Positions 36,812-44,429 of a stretch of DNA of 44,429 nucleotides are shown here, one piece after another. The notes beneath the pieces are model-generated. The model worked only from the letters and a program-made list of their open reading frames with translations, was not told where the DNA came from and did no database searches. How positions within the stretch are numbered: position 1 is the stretch's first letter; each line of letters opens with the position of its first letter. A program made the position numbers and the translations under genes. Location: positions 57,323,923 through 57,368,351 of the forward strand of contig NC_068990.1 of NCBI RefSeq assembly GCF_001194135.2, in the 5' to 3' direction. Source of the stretch: Octopus bimaculoides. Its lineage: Eukaryota.

Positions 36812-38063
36812 GGTGTTGGCCAAAATAATGGAAACACCTAGCATCATAATTTTGAAATATCTATAAAACTGTCAAAAGCTTGTTTGTTTTTATGTTTTTG
36901 ATTTATTATTAGTGTTGCTTAAGATGTTTTGCTAAAATTGCTGTTTGTTTTCAGACATCATCAGAAAAAGGGAATTAAAATTCATTAAAATGACAGATCT
37001 ATTGGGCTTACAAAGAGGTCAAATTGTTGGTACTCGTATGACAGGTGCTAGCATAATGAAACCAGCCAAAATGTTTAGTGTATCAAGAACTACTGTCTCG
37101 AAAAAGAGGGGGAAAAAAACCTTCTTGTCGAAACAAAACTCCGGAAGAAAACCAAAACGTTCAGATAGGGACCATCAGACTCTTACATCAACTGTTGGAA
37201 AGGATCCCAAAAGTACAGCTCTTGAAATTACTGCAGATCTTAATTACCCAGTTTCCACAAGAACCCAGTTTCCACAAAAAGTGTTCGCCAGGAGCTGCAC
37301 AAAGCTGGATTTCATGGGAGGGCTGCAATCAGAAAGCCACTACTTTCAAAAACAACCATTGCAAAACATTTATAGTGGAGTAAAAATCTACAGAATTGGT
37401 CCCTAGAGCAGTAGAAGAATGTTATTTTCTTGAATGAGACATCCTTTACCTTATTTCCAACCACCGGCTGAATATACATGTGGAGACAGCCAAAAGATGC
37501 ATTTGGCCTAGACTGTCTTCTTCCAACTGTTAAACATGGAGGAGGATCTGTGATGATCTGGGGTGCTATAACTTGGAAATCCACCAGCCCAATGGTTTCC
37601 CTTCATGGAAGAATTAATAGTCAAGATTATTTAAGCATTTTATCTGATCAAATTCATCCTATGATTGTGGAACTTTTTCCTGAGGGAAACACAGTCTTTC
37701 AGGATGATAATGCACTAATTCACACAGCTAAAGTTGTTACTGAAGGGGACAAGGAACATTCTAGTGAAGTTAAACATCTCATCTGGCCACCACAGTCCCC
37801 AGATCTCAATATTATTGAACATTTATGGTGCATTTTAGAAAAACAAGTAAGGTGTCAATATCCTCCCACATCATCATTACAAAAACTGGAGACTGTTTTA
37901 GCTGGAGAATGGACAAAAAGTCCTTTGGAAACAATTCAAACTTTGTATGAGTCCATGACTCATAGAATTCAAGCTGTAATTACTACCAAAGGCAGACCTA
38001 CCCCATATTAAAATTAATTTGTTTGAAATTGTAAGGTGTTTCCATTATTTTGTCCACCCCCTC
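36810..38063 (+). mobile_element. Full-length but inactivated Tc1-like DNA transposon (D36E spacing)
   Basis: About 30-bp TIRs sharing CAAAATAATGGAAACACCT, TA at the right end; HTH region, VKHGGGSVMIWG, FQDDNA..WPPQSPDLNIIEHLW; frameshift, stops and first catalytic D mutated to N. Confidence 0.95.
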
Positions 38064-38068
38064 TATAT

Positions 38069-38101
<33 letters not shown>

Positions 38102-38118
38102 AATATATAAATATATAT

Positions 38119-38128
38119 NNNNNNNNNN
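38119..38128. other. Assembly gap (10 N)
   Basis: Run of N. Confidence 1.
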
Positions 38129-38173
<45 letters not shown>

Positions 38174-38249
38174 TACATGCTCACACACACACACACACAC
38201 ATACACATATTTACAATCATATAAATAAAAGGTACCCCTAGTCTATTTG

Positions 38250-39229
38250 TGTCTCTGAAGGTGTATCAGTGGACCAAGATGTTTAAAAAAGACAAGTATG
38301 AAGCACAAATCGGGTGCAGGATGACCATCAACCTCCACCACTGATGCAGGGAATCAACAAGATCTAGAGATGTTTCTGGTGAAGCAACAGGTGACCATTG
38401 ATGAGGTGGCATGTTCTTTGCGAGTCAACCATGGTTCTTCATACAAAGTCATCAACAACAAGCATAAAGTCTATGTGAGATAGATACAAAGAACTTACAA
38501 AAGCATGTAAATGCAATTGTTTAGAGCTCTATCAATGCTCACTCAACTGTTACCACAATGAGAGCAAAAATTTTTGGGAGAGAATAGTTACAGGGAAGGA
38601 AAGCTGAAACCCAAAAGGCAGAGTATGGGGTAGAAACAACCAGAATTACTAGCGAAAACGTTCATGACTATACGTTCCTTAGAAAAAGTGATGCTAACTG
38701 ATTCTAGGATGTGAAAAGGTCTGTACTGGATCATTATCTGGAAAAGTGGTCAATAGTCACCAGCATAGGCTTCAGTAAAATGCTGGCCAACAAAATGCAA
38801 CCAGTAATTAACACCAAATGTGCAATCTATTGTCAAAACAAGTGTTATTGTTGCATGACAGTACACACTTACGTATGTCTGTCCTCACAGTTGAAACTAT
38901 TGGAAAATTGGATTTCGAGTTATTGGAACATTCTGCATAGAGTACAGATACCGCCCCTTCTGACTATTGTCTTTTTGGACTGCTCAAACATTCTTTATGT
39001 GGTCGACAGTTTGCTATGGAGGAAGAAGCACAGGAAACAATGCATAAATGGCTGTATGACCAACCAAAATCCTTCTTCTTCAATAGAATAAGCAAGATTG
39101 TGGACCACAGGAAGAAGTGTGTCAGAAAGCAAGGACACTATGACAGAAAATGATGTAACTGTTCAACTCTTACTTTTGTGTTAATAAATTACAGAATCAA
39201 GAGTGTGCAAAATTTTTGACTTATCTTCA
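38250..39229 (+). mobile_element. Degenerate mariner element, 5' end missing
   Basis: QVTIDEVACSL..HGS; LLLHDS..VETIGKLDFELLEHSA*STDTAPSDYCLFGLLK..KCV..QG.Y; right TIR-like aaatttttgacttatcttca|ta. Confidence 0.8.
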
Positions 39230-39235
39230 TATATA

Positions 39236-40139
39236 AGGGGTGGTATCAAAAAATGCCTGGATTAGTTTGGTAGCACACTAAAAGATGGCAGCACTTGGTC
39301 GCATGCACAATGAGAGCTAGCAGTGACCTTCATGAGGCAGTGTGCTGAGTACATTGCTGTATTTACTTCGCAACTTCTGAAATTTGTGTCTTTGAGCTCT
39401 CATGTATGCTGTAGACTATGATTTTATCATGGACAGGAACAGAGCTAACATGAAATGTTGCATTAAACTTGGGAGGTCTGCTGTAGAGACATTAAGCATC
39501 CATCAGCAAGCTTACGATGAGGAGGCAATGTGTTGTACACAATGTCTTGAGTAGCACTGACACTTCAAAAGCAGAAGAACATCCCTGGAAGATGAGGAGT
39601 GATCTGGATGACCTGCTATGAGTGTCATCCCTGGAAATGTGGTGTTGTACATCGAGAATTTATCTCCCAGGGTGAGACTGTCAATCAGGAATTCTGCTTC
39701 AACGTTTTGAAGCGCTTGAGGGAGGACATTCAGGGAAAGTGACCGGATTTGTAGAGCATGGAGAATTGAATTCTTCACAATGGCAATTCACCCTGTCACC
39801 AAGCTCTCCTCACTCATGAGTTTCTCACCAAAACAACATGGTATCACTTCTGAACCCACCCTATTCAGAAAGTTTAGCACTTGCAGACTTCCATTTGTTT
39901 CCCAAGATAAAAATGTAGTGCAAAGATTGCTGTTTTAACACCATTGTCGAGATCCAGAGAGACTCACCAATGGAGAGCAGCTTCCAGGCTGGATTCCAAA
40001 AGTGGCAGGAATGCTGGGACTGGTGTATTGTTGCACAAGGTGACTGTTTTGAAGGAGATGATGTCAAGGTAAGACTTAGGTAAATAATTTATTTTTTTAT
40101 CAAATGTAACTAGTCTGCGAACCTTTTGACACCACCTCA
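39236..40139 (+). mobile_element. Internally deleted mariner element with both TIRs
   Basis: TIRs ggtggtatcaaaaaatgcctggattagtt and (reverse complement) ggtggtgtcaaaaggttcgcagactagtt, TA flanks; RANMKCCIKLGRSAVETL, VVHREFISQGETVNQEF, PPYS..LA.ADF.LFPK. Confidence 0.85.
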
Positions 40140-40748
40140 TATGTGTGTATGTGTATGTGTGTATCATCATTCTTTAATAATATAGACATCATAAATTGAA
40201 GGAGTCATACTGCACTAAACTTGTTTGCTAAATGTAACTTTTGATTATTCATAGATTATACAGATTCCTTATATTTTAACTTTAGAGCAGTATACATAGC
40301 TCTGACTACACGGAAGGAGAATATGATGCAACTAGTTCAAATTCAGTTGCCAAACAGGCCTGCAAGCATTTTCTCATGGGAGACTTTAATAGACAAATGT
40401 TTTAGTCAAAGTGTAAACACAAGTAGCGTCTATGAAATTAATTAGCTCGTTTGCTGTAACATCTGTTAGAAAATGTTCACTTATGCTTTGTGTCAGTCCT
40501 TTTCACAAACATCAACATAGATCTATAGAATTTAAGTAAATGATGTGTATTTTCCTAATACATTAAAGCAGAATGCACTCCAACTAAGTTGAATCTTTTG
40601 ATTGTGAACCCTGTAAGCTCTCTATGGGGAGTATAATTTCATAAATAAATCTTGGGCAATATTAAATACTGACTCCTGCATAAATATGTATATCCTTGTA
40701 TCACTGCAGTCATTCATTTATATCTGCAACTATATGTATGCATGTATA

Positions 40749-41185
<437 letters not shown>

Positions 41186-41214
41186 ATATACATACATCTA
41201 TATATATTTATATA

Positions 41215-42061
41215 CAGGGTGCGATGGATAAATTGTCACCATTTAATGTTCTTAATGTTGTGCATGTGCATTGCTTTTGGTTTTGTCAGATACACAATAC
41301 AGTTGAATCAGTTGGGCACCATCTGTGAGAAAAACCAGAATCTACCAGAAATTTAGAAACAACATGCTGTACTGTTTGGCATTTTCACCGGAAGCTCCAA
41401 TACAAACATTTCACATTGTTTGGGTGTCAATCTGAGGATAGTGCAATCTACGGACATATACTGGGAATGATAAAAATTAAACATCGAGTCATAGTGTTTG
41501 GAGTGATCACTAGTGATGGCAATGTTATGTCTCCATTCATCTTCCTACACGGCCTCACACTCAACACAGAGGCCCACATGAAATGCCTGATGGATGTAGT
41601 ATTGCCCTGGGTCAAGAGGGTGGCTGCTGGAAGACCCTATGCCTGGCAACAAGACTCCATACCATGTCACACAAGCAGGAGAACCCAGTTATGGCTGTCA
41701 GACAATTTCTGCGATTACATCACCCCTAACATCTGGCCACCTAACACCCCAGACTGCAACACCCTTGATTATTATGTGTGGGGGGTAGTTGCACGAAAGG
41801 CTTACAAAACTCCTTGTAACAACAAACATGATCTGAAGGCAAGGATTATGACAGCTTTCACCAACTTAACCAAGGAGCCCATCCAGAAGAGTTGCAGGAG
41901 ATTCTGAAGTTGTCCGGAGATTGTGGTTGAAGCCAATGGCGATTTTATTGAAATAATTTTCTTTTTAATATTTCAAGATTTTTTTATGTAATTTTGGTAA
42001 ATATATCTGTTAAAATGAGATGTCAGTGTAATTTAGGCAACAATCTATCCACTGCACCCTG
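41215..42061 (+). mobile_element. Internally deleted maT-type (DD37D) element
   Basis: ta|CAGGGTGCG ... GCACCCTG|ta; WQQD-x37-D (WQQDSIPCHT..WPPNTPDCNTLDYYVWG). Confidence 0.9.
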
Positions 42062-42157
42062 TATATATGTGTGTGTGTGTGTGTATGTGTGGGTTACATG
42101 TGAATGTTTAAATATTTGTGTGCATAGACATATATGTGCATATCTATAAATGTTTAC

Positions 42158-42777
42158 ATCATCATCATCGTCGCTTAATGTCTGCTTTCCATGCTGGCAT
42201 GGGTCAGACTGTTTGAGGACTGGCGAGCCAGCTGGCTGCATCTGGCTCCAATCTGATCTGGCAAAATTTCTACAGCTGGATGCCCTTCTTGACGCCAACC
42301 ATTCTAAGAGTGTAGCGAATGCTTTTATGTGCTACTGGCACGAGGGCCAGTCAGGTGGTACTGGCAACGACAACGCTTAAATGGTGTTTTTTACGTGCCA
42401 CCTGCACAGGAGCCAGTCCGATGGCACTGGCAACGATCATGCTCGAATGTTGTTTTTCACGTGCCACTGGCACAGGTGCCAGTAAGGCGTCACTGGCAAC
42501 AATCACACTTGAATGGTGCTTTTTACATGCCACCAGCATGGGAGCCTGTCAGTGGATGGTGCTTTTAATTTTCCACTGGTACAGGTACCAATCAGGCAGT
42601 ACTATCATCAGCCACATCAACGATTTTAACTTCACTTGCCTCCACAGGTCTTCGCAAGCAAGGTTTATTGTCCAATGAATGAAGGATACTCATAAGTGGG
42701 CTGGTTATACAACAGTCATAGGGCATGGGTTATGGTCTCACTTGGCTTGCCGAGTCTTCTCAAGCACACCATATCTC

Positions 42778-42780
<3 letters not shown>
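42158..42780 (-). mobile_element. SINE-like family D, near full length
   Basis: About 3.5 tandem 66-bp units at 42329-42560; 3' tail gcatggaaagcagacattaagcgacgatgatgat on the minus strand. Confidence 0.8.
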
Positions 42781-42827
<47 letters not shown>

Positions 42828-43194
42828 GTGTGTGTGTGCTTGTATGTATGTATGTATATAGTGTGTGTGTGTGAATGTGTGTGTTTGTGAGTGATTGATT
42901 AATTTATAGTGTACAAATTACGTTTGTGTGCGAGTGCACGTGTTTGGCTTTACATCTTGATTTAAAGCATGATACGTATTACATTCTTCTTAAACATTTA
43001 CTTTAAGCTAATGATCATAAAATATTTCTAAGTTACGCCATAACCTTGATGATTTTAGTTCTCGGTGTGGGAGCAATGCATTTTGTTTCCTGTGTGAATT
43101 TATAAGAGATATAAATTTATTAACGTTGAAAATTCATAATTAATCTATGTCATTCCTTGATTGCATAAATAAAAATAGCGATTTCTAAAATGTC

Positions 43195-43330
43195 CATAAG
43201 GCCACAAAATTTATTGGTAGGAGACAGTCAATTACACTATACCCAATTCTACCAAAGTTCCTATTTCATTGACCCCCAAGAATGATAGAATGTAATGTTG
43301 ATCCTGGCAGAATTTGAATAGTTAAGGCAT
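43195..43330 (-). mobile_element. SINE family B, degenerate
   Basis: attgacccc..gaatgatag..aatgttgatcctggcagaatttgaa. Confidence 0.6.
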
Positions 43331-43479
43331 TTCCTTTTATGCTTTGTTACCTATTCTTCAAATTTGTGTACAAATAGTGAGAATATTTTAGGAAAATGAA
43401 ATAATATTTGGAAATGTGAAATATTTGAGTTTCTCAAATGAGTTGCTAATGGGATTAAAATTTTTGCTTTGAGGCACAG

Positions 43480-43590
43480 TTATAGCTGTGTGGTAAGCAG
43501 TTTGCTTCTCAACTACATTGTCTCAAGTTCATGTCCACTGCTTGGCACTTTGGGCAAGTGTCTTCTGCTATAGCCCCAGGCCAATAAAGC
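43480..43590 (+). mobile_element. SINE family A, 5' head
   Basis: gtgtggtaagcagtttgcttc..ggcactttgggcaagtgtcttctgctatagcc. Confidence 0.8.
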
Positions 43591-43849
43591 TCAACATATA
43601 TATTTGTGTTTGTGTGTGTGTGTGTGAGTGCACGCATGTCTGTGTGTATGTGCATGTGTATGTGCACGTGTGTGTATGCACGTTCATGTGTGTGTGTGTG
43701 TGTGTGCATGTGTAAGTGTGTGCACAATATTGTGTTTCCTTGCCTCCTTGCTTTGATATTACATGGAAATTGTAAACAAATGCTATTTTCAGTTCTAATC
43801 TTCCATGAAAACATGTCCCCTTATAGAAAAAAAAATTAACCTTGCTTGA

Positions 43850-44035
43850 AAACAGGTGAGGGATAGTGAAAACAGGTGACGAAGGGCACTTGGTCATAAA
43901 AAATTAGAAACAGGTGAGGAAGGGCAATTGGTCATATAAAGTTTGCCCCAACAAAATTCTGTCTGATACAAGCAAGCATAGAAAAGAGGATATAAATACA
44001 AAGATGATGGTGATGATGATGATGATGATGATGAG
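43850..44035 (+). mobile_element. GAT-tailed SINE/LINE 3' end with short aaacaggtga duplications
   Basis: gaagggc..gtctgatacaagcaagcatagaaaag..(GAT)n resembles the family D tail. Confidence 0.55.
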
Positions 44036-44254
44036 AGATGAAAGATTTCTTGATAATTAAAGTAAAAAATATTTCATTTTAGAAGATGAGTTTCACAGAC
44101 CAATAAACTGTAATTCTATTTGAAAAAAAACACAGACGAACATATAGCATGTTATCATAATAGCAGTTAATGGGTAAATGGATACTACATACACACACCC
44201 ATGCAAACACAGAGAGAAAAAGAATCATAGACAGAAGAGGAGAGAGTGCACACA

Positions 44255-44429
44255 CACATATATATATATATATATACGTATATATATATATGTATATATA
44301 CATGTATATATATACATATATATATATGTGTTTATATATATGTATATATATATATATATATGTGTGTTTATATATATATATATATATATGTTTATATATA
44401 TCTATATATATATATATATATATATATAT
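44255..44429. repeat. (TA)n-rich microsatellite
   Basis: Direct reading. Confidence 0.95.

Noticed and set aside
37478-38011. Active transposase CDS
   Set aside because: Only the C-terminal part is open; the upstream part has a frameshift and stops, and the first catalytic Asp is Asn.
42329-42560. CRISPR-like periodic array with hairpins; ORFs 42319-42678, 42329-42568 and 42351-42539
   Set aside because: Units are contiguous 66-bp tandem repeats without unique spacers, lie inside a dispersed repeat, and there are no cas genes; the ORFs stay open only because 66 is divisible by 3.

Overview
AT-rich, microsatellite-saturated eukaryotic DNA with 8 assembly gaps. The SINE families and (TA)n/(CA)n/(TACA)n/(GATA)n load suggest a coleoid cephalopod, probably Octopus (inference). 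I can support no intact host gene, tRNA, rRNA or CRISPR array; most ORF-track entries are microsatellite or N-gap artefacts. The window is a transposon graveyard: about 20 copies of 4 SINE-like families, non-LTR retroelement fragments (RTE, RLE-bearing R4/Dong-like, Penelope, I/Jockey-group, possibly CR1/L2), six Tc1/mariner relics and a TTAA-flanked MITE. Best leads: a ~300-bp-arm fold-back of a LINE endonuclease region (10065-10705); a hairpin carrying hammerhead-ribozyme core motifs (17608-17748); an RTE LINE ending in three C2H2 fingers (18508-18772); R4/Dong-like elements stacked at a (TAA)n tail (33693-35362); and a full-length Tc1-like element with D36E spacing (36810-38063). All comparisons were made by eye, so identities are approximate and boundaries may be off by 10-20 bp unless motif-defined.
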